The notes under the pieces were generated by a model. It had not been told where the DNA came from. It did no database searches and saw only the letters and a program-made list of their open reading frames with translations. A stretch of DNA of 63,238 nucleotides, counting the filler, from Olpidium bornovanus S191 (Eukaryota; Fungi; Olpidiomycota), in the NCBI GenBank assembly GCA_017911155.1. It is 31 parts of 31 records of this genome, joined end to end, with 100 filler letters (N's around TTAATTAATTAA, not from the genome) between each part and the next. Parts side by side here need not be neighbours in the genome. Positions count along the whole stretch, not along the records: positions 42,460 to 46,022 come from JAEFCI010006723.1; positions 46,123 to 47,150 come from JAEFCI010013411.1; positions 47,251 to 48,251 come from JAEFCI010003557.1; positions 48,352 to 50,035 come from JAEFCI010006534.1; positions 50,136 to 51,146 come from JAEFCI010000421.1; positions 51,247 to 52,908 come from JAEFCI010008170.1; positions 53,009 to 55,126 come from JAEFCI010013467.1; positions 55,227 to 57,319 come from JAEFCI010010309.1; 23 more parts are not named here. The stretch is one strand, 5' to 3'. Positions 44,207-56,235 of the stretch are shown here, piece after piece. How positions within the stretch are numbered: position 1 is the first letter of the stretch; every line of letters begins with the position of its first letter. A program made the translations under genes and the position numbers.

Positions 44207-47080
44207 GTATGTGCGCCGAAAATCGGATTAGCCGGTCGCAGTGTCAACTTATAACATCGGTGTTTCTTACTTGTTTGCTTTCCAAACGCTTCGACCCGTT
44301 GTTTGATGTTTTGAATGGGCCCGAACACTGGTTGCCGCCCCCAAATCCACCAGGTTCGTGCACCGCAGTGAGTTGTGAAATCCACAACCTCCTAGTAGAG
44401 AGTTCACTCAACTTAAGGTCGTATGTGTTAGGTACGCGCGAACCACTACCAGGGCTGAAGCCAAAAGGAACGAAAACTCCTCGAGTTAGTCGATTTTAGC
44501 TATGTTTTGTATTCACTTGTTGCAGTTGACGGCGGCTGAGCAACTAATTACTGGTGCGCCAACGTTGCGCGCAGACCAACTCGGGTTCGCAATCGCATTC
44601 TTCCGCGACTCCCGCCACGGCTGGGCGAAACTCTAGGCCGTTGTCGAGCGACAACTTGGCATCAGCGGCGGAGTCAGTCGCGACGCCGCCCGCTTTGGGT
44701 GCTGCACCCAATGGCCGGCCTGCTTCTTCGGTGGCAAATGTTGGCGGACCGGAGAAGACATTCGGGCCGAGTTTGAGACTCTGCCGCTTGGACTCGAGCT
44801 GTGGGCGCAACTCGGTGCAAATGGAAATGAAACAGCCGTTCGCGGGCGAACGCGGTAATACGGCAAACACGGCGGAAGTCCCATTGAATGGGAGGTGAGC
44901 GACCTGGAAATCTCTATTTGCCACCTATCATCGGAAGACGACTGCTAATCTGTATGGGGACCTCGTCCCGCCCGACAACGCGAACTCTAGTGCGATCATC
45001 GGGGGAGCCCATGAAGTCACAAGCAGAATTCCCGGAGCTGCAGGCGTCGGGCATCAGACCAAAGCCGGCGTGGCTCGGATGTAGGTGACACCATTGCGGA
45101 CCTCTGGGCAGCCTGTACTCACAGTATACGTTCGCGCTTCGCCGGAGGAATAACACGGCAAACGGCTACTACCAGGTCAGAGAGCTCGGACCCGCGAAGC
45201 CAATTAGCTATGACCCAGAAGCCAGAGCTGGATGTCCAATTCACGGGTGCTCAACCTCGCGAACCTCACACTGCGTTGTTGAACGATCAGTCCGAAGACA
45301 GTGAATCGGCCCAACTGCTTGCTGGGTGGGTGTGCAGCGTAGCATTTCTTAGGCCCTTGTTGAGGATTCGCCTTTTCGCGCCGTTTTGCCAATTATCATT
45401 CCATTCTGTCCGTCACCGAATTTGATGGTCGAAGCCTAGCGTCGCGTTTAATGACCTTGGAGATCGATACGATGGAAGAGCGGCCAACAGCGGCCTCAAG
45501 CCCTTCGCCTAGAGGACAATCTTTGTCGCGAGCGCATTTGCCTGTCCGCAACTCATATTGCGTTACGACGGCCGGGACAATTTTAGGCAACCTGGGTCAG
45601 TCCCGGCAAGCAAATTCCCGGACTACCCGGACTACTGTGGATGACACGTCCACTTCTAGCGTGAGGGAAGCAAGTACGGTTGGCTTCACAAATATCGACG
45701 AGACCCGCGGGGAGGGTCGGAATAAAAACCCTAGTTTGGTTTCTGACGACTCCAGCACAAAAGAGCATGGTTTTCTGAAATACACGCCAGAAGCTTATGG
45801 CGGGTATGGTAAATTTATTCGCGTTTTCGCTTTGTCCTTTTGCGTAACGCCATTGACAAATGGAAAACAGGTGTTCTGGGGACTGTACTCGCCGGAACAG
45901 GCATGAGGAAAGGGTACCCTCTCCTTACTCTGAACGCGCCTCACGTGCTAAAATGGGCGGCGATCAGAGAGACCCGACGGTATCACCTCGGAGCTCGTTG
46001 TCGAACTTGGTCGCGTGCGGTANNNNNNNNNNNNNNNNNNNNNNNNNNNNNNNNNNNNNNNNNNNNTTAATTAATTAANNNNNNNNNNNNNNNNNNNNNN
46101 NNNNNNNNNNNNNNNNNNNNNNCATGTTTTGCGACAGAAGCCCCGTCTACGGAAAGCCTATTCCGATTTTTCCATCCTTCCGGGCAGATTAGTTTGGGTG
46201 AAATCAGAGGGAGAGAGAGAAGTGGGGGTGGATAAGCCCACGTCTGTTTAGCGGCCCGGGTTCATACGATATTCGGCCTGTTTGAAACCTGCACTATTGT
46301 TTCTTTTTTGGCCGCGCCAGCGGTGGCGGTAGGGCGACCGTGACGTTTGTTCGGACGGCGGCGACAGTGCAGCACGGCCACTCAACTTACGGTTGGAGGC
46401 TACAGTTACGCGGTTGGGGGAGGTGGGGGGAGGGGGAGGAAGAGGGTACCGGAGAACCACCTGGGTACTACTCGGCAGTGTGGTCAGAGCGTTAAGGGGC
46501 TCAGGCGCATAGGCGCAGCGTGTTCGAGGCTCGCTGCGAAGCAGCAAGTTTCGCACGCCGGACCCGCCCTCTCTTTGCGGCCACCTCTGGGCAGTGAATA
46601 CTCAACAACACCCACCCATAAAACAGGGATTTGCCGATTCCCCAGAACGCCCCCTTCCCCCCTCCCCTCCCCCCACCTTCCGGCGCAGGCGCGAACGGCT
46701 GCCTCCCGAAACGAGCGTCGGCGGGCGGACGAAACGAACGCCTGGGGCCCCACGCGAACTTGGGCGCGGGAGCTGCAAAAACAAGCAAAAAAAAAAAGAA
46801 AAAAAAAATAAAGAAGGAGCCCGCAAAAAAGTCGGGAGAGGTCGCGGCGTTCCACGAAGGAAAAAAAAAAAAAAAAAAAAAAATTCCTTAGCTCCGGGCG
46901 GATCCGCGCTGCTCGCGCGATCCGGGCCACAAAAGGACACTGGACGCGGCGCCCGGGCGGAAAAGGGCGGCCGCGGGGGTCAAAACCGTCTGCCGGGTCC
47001 CTTTACGTCAAGAGAGAAGAAAGAAAGGAAAGAAAAGAAAAAAAGGAGTGTTTTCCTGCCAAAATCGCCCCCTCCCCATC

Positions 47081-47141
<61 letters not shown>

Positions 47142-47292
47142 ACCGAAATANNNNNNNNNNNNNNNNNNNNNNNNNNNNNNNNNNNNNNNNNNNNTTAATT
47201 AATTAANNNNNNNNNNNNNNNNNNNNNNNNNNNNNNNNNNNNNNNNNNNNCCCCCCCCCCCCCCCCCCCCCCCCCCCTCCCCCCCCCCGCGC

Positions 47293-47324
<32 letters not shown>

Positions 47325-47367
47325 CCCCCCCCGCCCCCGATACACGACCGGAAAAAAACATCCCGCC

Positions 47368-47527
47368 ATGATGGCCACTTCCGGAAACGCGGCTTCGGCC
47401 GGCGCGCAACAGCAGCAGCAGCAGCAGCAGCTGCTGCTGAACCACCAGAACCACAGCCACCACCACAGCCACCACCCGCCGCATCCGCACCAGCAGCGGC
47501 ACGGCTCGCAGCCGCCGCCGACGACGA

Positions 47528-47562
<35 letters not shown>

Positions 47563-48251
47563 CACCGCCAGCACCTGCAGCCGCCGCCGCCGTCGTCCGA
47601 CGCAGCCCAGAAGGCTGTCATATACAACAAGGTGCGACGGAAAAAAAAGAGGAGGAAAAAAAACATTCATCCCCGACGTCGCGGGAAAGGGAGGAGAGCC
47701 GAAAACGAGATACGGCTTGAGGGAGGGGAGAGAGAGAGATACAGAGAGAAAGAGAGAGGGAGGGAGAGAGGGAGAAAGGGAGAGAGGGAGAGAGAAAGAA
47801 AGAGAGAGAGAGAGGCTGAAAGAGAGAGTGGGGAGATAGAGAGAATGAGAGAGAGACAGAGAGAGAACGAGAGAGATGGGCTCAAGGCAAAATGCCTTGG
47901 GGAAAACATGCCGCTGCTTCGGGTCCGCGGAATAGCAAAAGCCCATAACCGGGAAAGCTCACGAGACAAAACACTTCCTCGTCTTTTTCTCGGCGTGTAG
48001 GACGGCACCCAGTGCATGCACATTTTAAAGGAGGACCTTCTCAGCCGCCCTGCGGCGGGCGCGTCGGCGCTCCCTGCGCAGGGCAACGCCTCAGGACCCG
48101 CGTCTGGCGCAGGTTCGCGCAAAAAGAAAAAAAAGAAGGCCAGGAAAAGGGCCGGCGCGAACAGCCAGCCGGAGTACGACGAGGAGGAGGACGATGACGA
48201 CGCGGAAGACGCTGCTGTTGGTGCGGCGGCGGGGGGGGCGGCGGGGGGGGG
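47368..48251 (+). CDS. Gln/His-rich N-terminus, possibly stress-response protein Nst1 (exons 47368-47631, 48001 to contig end)
   Basis: In-frame GT-AG join gives AVIYNK|DGTQCMHIL...[11 protein letters not shown] followed by an acidic run. This resembles the NST1 'Y.NKDGS...I.V...RKKQKRR' N-terminal pattern from memory. Confidence 0.4.
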
Positions 48252-48351
48252 NNNNNNNNNNNNNNNNNNNNNNNNNNNNNNNNNNNNNNNNNNNNTTAAT
48301 TAATTAANNNNNNNNNNNNNNNNNNNNNNNNNNNNNNNNNNNNNNNNNNNN

Positions 48352-50022
48352 CATGATTGAATTAAGCAGGACGCAGGACGAGGAGGTCGGAGATGGCACG
48401 ACGAGCGTGATCATTTTGGGTGAGTCCGAAGTCCGAACGCAGCCTATGTTTGTCGCGTTCTCGTGACCGGGAATTTTCAGAGGTCGTTTGTGCAGATGTT
48501 TGCAGAGTTTGAGTGCCACATTTACTTCTGATATCTGTTGACGTTGACGGCGCATCTTGTTTTTGATAACGCCCAACTGCGGTTGTTAAAACAGCTGGGG
48601 AAGTCCTGACCGCCGCGTTGCCGCACCTGGAGCGTAAAATCCACCCGATCGTGATTATCTCCGCTTTCAAGAAAGCCTTGGACGACGCCATCCGCGTCGT
48701 GGAAAAAATTAGCAAACCCGTCGACGTGAATAACCCGGAGGAGATGATCGAGCTTGTGAAAAGCTCCATTGGCACCAAGTTTGTCAGCCGCTGGAGTGAT
48801 CTGATGTGCAAGCTCGCTCTCGACGCCGTGAAGTGCGTGGCTGTAGATGTCGACGGGCGGCGGGAGGTCGATATCAAGCGTTACGCGAGGGTGGAGAAGG
48901 TTTGAATTTTTGGAAATTTTCGGCCCGTTGTGATGGAGTGGCGTATTTGGCACGCGGCGACGAATGTTGAGGGCGTGCCTTTTGCCTCTCTCTTTTATCT
49001 CTGCTTGCTTAGATTCCCGGTGGCGAGATCGAGGAGTCTCGTGTTCTGGATGGCGTGATGATCAACAAGGACGTGACGCATCCAAAAATGCGGCGCCGGA
49101 TCGAGAATCCGCGCATCGTCCTGCTGGACTGCCCGCTCGAATACAAGAAAGGGGAGTCGCAGACCAACATCGAGGTTACGAAAGAGTCGGATTGGAGCCG
49201 TTTGCTGGAAATCGAAGAGGAGCAGATCCGGCAGCTTTGCGACCAAATCGCGAGCGTCAAGCCTGACCTCGTGATCACCGAGAAGGGAGTGTCAGGTACG
49301 CGGGCGTCTTTAGTGTCCCTTTTCATTGGAAGCGGGAGAGAGTGGTGGATCTGGTCCTGTCTGGAAGACATCCTTAAGCTACGTGTCTGTTTTATCCATT
49401 CTCCCCTCGTTGCTCATCTTTTAGACCTTGCACAACATTTCCTTTTGAAGAATAACATCACAGCACTCCGGCGCGCGAGGAAAACGGATAACAACCGCAT
49501 CGCGCGCGCCTGCGGGGCCACGATTGTGAATCGCGTCGATGATCTTAAGGAGTCAGATGTTGGGACCAAGTGTGGCTTGTTTAGTGTGGAAAAAATTGCC
49601 GACGAGGAGGTCTACCATTTTAGATTCAAAGCTCTGCGTCGGACGCTTGGTAAGCGTCGATACTGACCGGTAATTGTCATGTCGGACATTTCAGGTACTT
49701 CGCTTTCTTTACAAAGTGCAAGGATCCCAAGGCGTGCACGATCATGCTGCGCGGCCCGTCAAAAGACGTGCTGAATGAAGTAGAGCGGAACCTCCAGGAC
49801 GCCATGTGTGTGGCGCGCAACGTCTACTTCAGCCCGCAGCTCGTGCCCGGCGGCGGCGCCACCGAGATGGCTGTAGGGGTGGAGCTGGCAGAGAAGTCCA
49901 AGAGCGTCGAGGGGGTCGAGCAGTGGCCCTATCGCAGCGTGGCCGAGGCGATGGAGGTCATCCCGCGCACCCTAATCCAGAACTGCGGAGGAAATCCAAT
50001 CAAAGTTCTCACCAATCTGAGG
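48352..50022 (+). CDS. CCT3: Chaperonin CCT subunit gamma (5 internal exons)
   Basis: MIELSRTQDEEVGDGTTSVIIL, EVDIKRYARVEKIPGG, LLDCPLEYKKGESQTNIE, KTDNNRIARACGATIVNR, PKACTIMLRGPSKDVLNEVERNLQDAM. Confidence 0.98.
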
Positions 50023-51450
50023 GTACGGCGCGGTANNNNNNNNNNNNNNNNNNNNNNNNNNNNNNNNNNNNNNNNNNNNTTAATTAATTAANNNNNNNNN
50101 NNNNNNNNNNNNNNNNNNNNNNNNNNNNNNNNNNNGGGCCCTTTTTCCCCCCCCCCCCCCCCCCCCCCCCCCCTTCCCCTTCCCCCACCACCCCCGCGCA
50201 GCGTCACTCGGCAGTGCAACGCAACCTGCGCTTCGCACGCGTTTCCGCCTGTTATTCGGCGGACCCCGGCCCTCGACCGGTCGGAAATATCGCAAGGGGG
50301 CCATTCCGCGAAAAACGGGGATCCCCCGTTTTCGTAATTCTCAGAATTAAAAATGCTTCGCTTTCTGCTTTGTTCGAGGGGTTTTCAAGCCCGGACGACC
50401 TAGGATCTCGACCCAATACGCGCGCGCGCAGGTCCACGAAGCACCCGGGTGCTCCGGAAAGCGACCGTTGGCTCGGCAGGCAGCGGCGGTGTTTAAGAAC
50501 GCGGGCAGCGGGAGACCCGCATCATTCTGCGCCTCGACCGCCAAAAGGAACAAAGGGACCCTGAGCGGCGGGCACGCCCCCCCCTTCCCCCTTTTTTGGC
50601 ACATCCCGGACTGCGCAACAAAACGCCAGCAATCGCGGGGCGGCATCCGCGGCGGCGTATCAAGAAAAAAAAAATTAGAATCCCGGGATCTGCGGGGTCA
50701 AATTCCGGGGGCACCCACTATGGCAAAAAAAAAAAAAAAAAAAATGGTGGAAGGGGAGAGGAGGGAGGGGGAGTGGGTGGGGTGGATGGTGATTATGTTC
50801 TCGAGCGGCACTCCTCCACATGAGGCGGTCATGGTGAATTTTCTCTGAAAATATTTCTATTTGCCTGCTCGGTCGCTGCGGCCTTTTTTGGTGATCTCGC
50901 CGCGAGAGTCGGCCTCCCCACCCGCTACGGACATGTCCCCGCATTTCCCACGGACCTGGCCTCACTTCCCTGATGGACGCGAGTGGGGGGAGGGGGGAAG
51001 TGGTGGGCCGGCGGGCGGGGGAGGTATGGGGAATGCGGGTGTGGTAAGGAAATATTCGAGCGCATGGCGGACGGACTTGACTGAGGGGCGCGCAGGGTTC
51101 GTTTTCGCGAAATGAGCGCGGGGGGGGGGGGGGGGGGCGCCCCCCCNNNNNNNNNNNNNNNNNNNNNNNNNNNNNNNNNNNNNNNNNNNNTTAATTAATT
51201 AANNNNNNNNNNNNNNNNNNNNNNNNNNNNNNNNNNNNNNNNNNNNCCCTTTCTGTGAGAGATTTTTTTTTTCTTTTTTTTTTCAGAAAGCTCGGCGCCC
51301 GCCTCCCTCGGGGAGCCTCCGCCTCGGCCACCCCCTCCTTCCCCCCCCGCTTTCTTCCCCCCCTTTCCCTCCCTCCCCTCCCTCGCGACGACGATCTGTG
51401 AAACGGAAAAAGCCACCAAACCCAACGGGAACGCGACACCTGCGGAAAAG

Positions 51451-52885
51451 ATGAACGCGGCTGCTGGCATCCTCTTCAGCGCTGTCCCGCGCAGGGCGGC
51501 GGCTGCTCGCGCCGGCCTGGGCCACCTTGTCGCGTCCGCTCGGGCGCGCCGCCACGCCCGCTCGTACATGGCCGCGGGGACTGTCATCGACCGTGCGTCC
51601 CTTGCGTCTTCCCCTCCCCCCACCGGCATCCCCCCACCTGCTGCCTGGCTTTTTTTTTTTTTTTTTTTTTTTTTTTTGCCCCGGCTTTTGTCTGACCGAA
51701 GCCTGTGCTGCGGTGCGCGCCACTGAGCTAACGTACATCATTGTGACCGCCTGTTTCCAGCCACGACCGGCTTGACGGGTAAGGCGCGGTCCGCCCGTTG
51801 GATGTCTGTGGTTTCCCTCGCGGATGCTTGTTCCTCTGACGTTCTCCTGTACGTTATCACGTTTGAAGAGGAACAGGCGGAGCTTCTCAACACTGCGCGC
51901 AGCTTTGCGGAGAAGGAGTTTGCACCTAAGATGGCGGAAGTCAGTCGTTCGATGGGCGGGACGCCACGCTCGCGCCGGGTGTCGCGGAACCTGATGACGT
52001 TCACTTGCCCTCCGCCTTCCTGTCACGCCAGTATGATCTTAAAGAGGAACTGCCCCACGAGACCATGAAGAAGGCCGGCGAACTTGGTTTTGGCGGGATA
52101 TACATCAAGGAGGACGTCGGCGGTTCCGGTCTTGGGGAGGGGTGGGCCTGTCAGCATGTTTCCTAAACAAGCGGAGAATTCAATTCCGTTCGACTTTTTC
52201 TTTGGTAGGGCGTCTGGAAACCTCGCTGATCTACGAAGCATTGTCCACTGGAGACGTGTCGACGACCGCTTACATGTCGTACGTAATAAAAAACAGAGAT
52301 CCCTTCAGTTTCGTGATTTTCGGTGAGCTCTTCGGATACTTATGGAAAGCTTTTTGTGCGGTCGCGGAGCTTAGGGTTCACCAGTAAGTCTTCGGCGCCG
52401 GGAAAATCCTTGCCAGTTCGTTGTTCGTGGTTGCGATCTGAGTGTAAGCTAAATTTGTTATCGTTGCAAACGGCAGCATGGCTTCCTACATCATCGACCA
52501 CTACGGCAACAAGGAGCAGCGTGAGAAGTGGGTGCCGCCACTATGCACAATGGAGGTGGGCACTTGGTTTTTGAGCATTCCAACTGTTCGTAGCCATCTT
52601 CCATGGCTGAGCCCCTCACATCATGTTTTGCGTTTGCAGAAACTGGCCTCGTACTGCCTCACTGAGCCCGGAGCGGGAAGTGATGCCGGAAGCCTCGCCA
52701 CAACTGCGAAGAAACAAGGCGACCACTACGTCCTCAATGGTAGCAAGGCATTCATTTCTGGTGGTGGATACTCTGACACCTACGTTGTCATGGCCAGGAC
52801 CGGCGGACTGGGTCCCAAAGGTATCAGCGCGATAATTGTGCCAAATGGTACCCCAGGCCTCAGCTTCGGAAAGAAAGAGAAAAAG
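51451..52885 (+). CDS. ACAD8: Isobutyryl-CoA dehydrogenase ACAD8 (5' eight exons, including 18-nt and 9-nt microexons)
   Basis: Mitochondrial presequence, then [44 protein letters not shown] and [14 protein letters not shown]...[12 protein letters not shown]...[13 protein letters not shown], collinear with human ACAD8. Confidence 0.93.
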
Positions 52886-53008
52886 GTACTTTTATGAGAT
52901 CTTGCGGCNNNNNNNNNNNNNNNNNNNNNNNNNNNNNNNNNNNNNNNNNNNNTTAATTAATTAANNNNNNNNNNNNNNNNNNNNNNNNNNNNNNNNNNNN
53001 NNNNNNNN

Positions 53009-54378
53009 CATGAATTTTCTGTCTGGCGAAAAATTCGAGGAATTTAGCGACAGCCTGATCCGGCGGATCAAAGGACTCTTTGACCTTAAGAAACGCTTCC
53101 TGGACCAGGGGCGGGAGTTCCTGGATTCTTGCTTCGAGCAGTTTGAGTAGGCTTATGCCTTAAATTTTTTTTTTTTTTCTGTTAGCCTCGGTGAGCCCAA
53201 TCTGAACCTTTCGTCAACACGTTCTCAAAGGTCAATGCGCCAGGCAGTCGACGTCCGAACCCAACAGTTAGAGCAAATGGAGATGATTGCAAGCCACGCG
53301 TCCTTAACTCAGATAAAAATGCAGGACGAGTTGGCAAAGAAACAACAGGATATTGATGACCTCCAAAAGCGGCATATGGAAGAACTCGATCACAAGGGCT
53401 CGGAAGCGGCGGCGCTGATAAAAGAGCGGGAGAAGCTAATGCGCGTCATCGAGGAGGAGCGCGAGGCCACCGCGGAGGACAGCCGCCGCAACTCCGAATT
53501 GGTACACCAGTGGCGGGAAAAGGCAATGAAACTGACCAAGGCGCGGGGGCTGTGGGACAAGCGCGCCGTTAATGCCGAGGAACAACTGCGGCACGAACGC
53601 CTCGAGGCCGAAGAAAGGATTGTGGAGCTGTTAAGCAACGTGCAGTGGGTTTTTTTCCGCCGGGGGTTACTACTGTCATACTTTTTGCACGTTCGGTGTA
53701 TGGGGGAGGGAGGTTTCCGGGCGACGGCTGGTTATTACCAGCTGACAATCGTATTGTCCTGTGCGCACCGCATGGGGCCTCCCCACAAAATAAAGCGCAT
53801 TGGAGCGTCAGGTGGATGCGGGAAATCACAAGATTAAGCAGCTAAAGGAACTCATAGATGCGAGAAATCACGAGACAAAACAGCTGCAGGATTTTCTTGA
53901 GCTCACCAAGAAAAAGGTTACAGAGTACGAGAGCGGTTTTGTTTGTCTGCCGGGCAACCCGTCGCCGAGCGCGCAAGTTCTGGCCCGAATCAACGAGAAA
54001 CTGCGGGAGGACCTGACCGACAAGAAGCACAAGCTCAGCGACAACCAGAAACGCATTGCTTCGCTAACCAAGGAGGTTCGGCGGACGACGCCATTTTGAC
54101 GTTTTGTCCGCATCAATGGGGGGGGGGGGCGGGGGGGGGGGGGAAGGACGCTGACTGGAGCAAGCGTTTTTCCTTTTTTTGCTCAGCTCGATGCCGCCCG
54201 TCAGGAAACCCGGATGGTACGCAAGGCGCTCAAGATGCGCGAAAAGACCATTTACCAGGCGGTATCGCGGCTGAACGTGGCGAGCAGCAAGGACCTGGCC
54301 GAGAACTCTTTATTGCCGATGAGCGCGATTGATCCCGGTCAAGCGGATTCTTCGGGTGATGACAGCGCGGCCGGTTGA
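53009..54378 (+). CDS. C-terminal four exons of an unidentified long coiled-coil protein
   Basis: Consistent GT-AG phases give MNFLSGEKFEEF...EQF|ESMRQAV...LLSN|VDAGNHKIKQLKE...LTKE|LDAARQETR...SAAG*. The sequence is heptad-rich in E/K/L/Q/R. Confidence 0.75.
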
Positions 54379-54395
54379 TGATGCAGGGGCGCCGA

Positions 54396-55126
54396 AGGGG
54401 AAGGCGGTTACCAATTAGTTCAGCATATCAAAAAGCAGGGAACCCGTGTTTTCATTGTGTTTGAACACAACAGAACGCGAGATGGTCTTTCGTTAGGCTG
54501 ATCTCAACAAACCGTTTGGGCAAGCGACGGGCGGCATTGGCTAAAGCGGGGTCGGAGCAAAAGGGCGAGTGTGCACCCAGCCACGTCCTTCTCCCGAACA
54601 ATCTGGCCGACCCGGATCAAGCGCGCCCGTCAGCAAGAAAGAAGTCTCGGCCAGGTCCCTGCGTCTCGCCACCCTTAGCCGTGAGGGGAAGGCGGTTTAC
54701 CAATTAGTATGGCATATTAAAAAGCGGATTGCAGGGAGCCCGTTCTTTCGTTGTGTCCGCGAAAAACGCGAGACGATCTTTCGTTAGGTTGAATTTCACG
54801 AATTTCTTGGGCAAGCGACGGGCGGAGTTGGCCGAGAATGGGCCGGAGCAAAGGGCGAGTGTACACCCTGTCACGTCGTTCTCCCAAACATTCTGCTCGA
54901 CTGTGATCAAGCGCGCCCATTAGCAAAAAAGGAATCTCGGCCAGGTTCTAGCGGCTCGCCACCGTCAGCCGCAAGGGGAACGCGGATATCAATTATTATA
55001 GCATTTCAGAAAGCGGAAACCCGTTTTTTCGTTGTGTTCGAACAAAACGCGATACAATCTTTCGTTAGGTTGGGATTCACAAATTGTCTGGGCAAGCGAC
55101 GGGAGGCGTTAGTTACAATCGTCATG
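54396..55126. repeat. Tandem array of about 289-bp diverged units (two full copies plus one truncated by the contig end)
   Basis: Units start at about 54396, 54684 and 54974. Blocks shared by the copies include AGGGGAA, TCTTTCGTTAGG and GGGCAAGCGACGGG (all three) and GATCAAGCGCGCCC and TCTCGGCCAGGT (first two). Confidence 0.93.
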
Positions 55127-55480
55127 NNNNNNNNNNNNNNNNNNNNNNNNNNNNNNNNNNNNNNNNNNNNTTAATTAATTAANNNNNNNNNNNNNNNNNN
55201 NNNNNNNNNNNNNNNNNNNNNNNNNNACGGGGCCGGCCCTTTTTTCGGGGGTGTCGCGTTGTGTCTCTTGAGCGGGACAAATCATACCGTCTTGTTCGAC
55301 CGCGAAGATCGCGAAGACCGCGGTGGATGGTTTTCTGCTTGTCCATGATCATGGGCGCGAGTTTCTTCCTCGTGAACGTGGAGGGGGTAGAGGTCAAGAC
55401 GATGTGCACGAGCAAGTCAGGTGCGACCAGGGCTTAGTGGCGTCAGCAATCCTCGTCGGTATCGGGTGTCTAGCTGCGTC

Positions 55481-55542
55481 GCCAATCGCAGCGTTTCCTG
55501 TCTGGCCCGCCGCCAATCGCAGCGTTTCCTGTCTGGCCCGCC
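55481..55542 (+). repeat. Perfect 31-bp tandem duplication containing CCAAT
   Basis: GCCAATCGCAGCGTTTCCTGTCTGGCCCGCC occurs twice in tandem. Confidence 0.9.
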
Positions 55543-56235
55543 GCCGCTGTTGATGCTGGGAATCGGCCGCGGCGTAAGACTACCAAACCTCCTGTGAACG
55601 TCGAGGGCGGGAAGGACCCCGGAAAGCTTGTTCTCTTCCGTGCACCTACCACACAAGATTCCTGCTGGAAGCCGAAAATGCCCAGAATTTCTGGCACAGT
55701 TGGTCCCGTTTGTAATAGCCGTTACACACGCGACATTGGCAGCACGCACAGACGGTGTGGAGAAACCGCCGGCTCCCGGCGCACACGCGCACACTCACGC
55801 GCAAAACGCGCGCTTCCCGCACAACCTTGTCTCTCGCCGACCCCCCCTTCCTCCTCCCTCCTACCCCCGCCACTCCGGTGATTTTTTTTTTTTCGTTTTC
55901 TTTTCTCCTTTTCCTTTGTCCTTCGGTGCGGTCCGAAGCAGTTCCCCGCCGCCGCCCCGGAAGAGGAAGCCACGAACCATAACGCTGTGTCTTTTAGGTG
56001 CGTTCGCGTGTGCGGCAGGGGTATCATCACTTCATATAATGCCGTTCGTCATGGGTGAATTGTTCTCTCTCGTTTGATCCGACCCGATCTCTCCCCCCCT
56101 CTCCTTCCTTAGACCCCGCGCACCAAAAAAAAAAAAAAAAAAGGGACCCGCGGGGCACGCGCTGGCGCGCGCGCGCGCACACAAACACACACACACACAC
56201 ACTTCACTCTTCGCTCCCTTCCCCCCGGCTTCCCA

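Noticed and set aside
50305-50333. Imperfect inverted repeat GCGAAAAACGGGGATCCCCCGTTTTCGT as a structured RNA or terminator
   Set aside because: A single short hairpin in GC-rich DNA with no other ncRNA hallmarks. Rho-independent terminators are not relevant in a eukaryote.
54396-55126. The tandem units as a CRISPR array or satellite
   Set aside because: Eukaryotic context, a unit of about 290 bp diverged along its whole length, no short constant repeat with unique spacers, and no cas genes.
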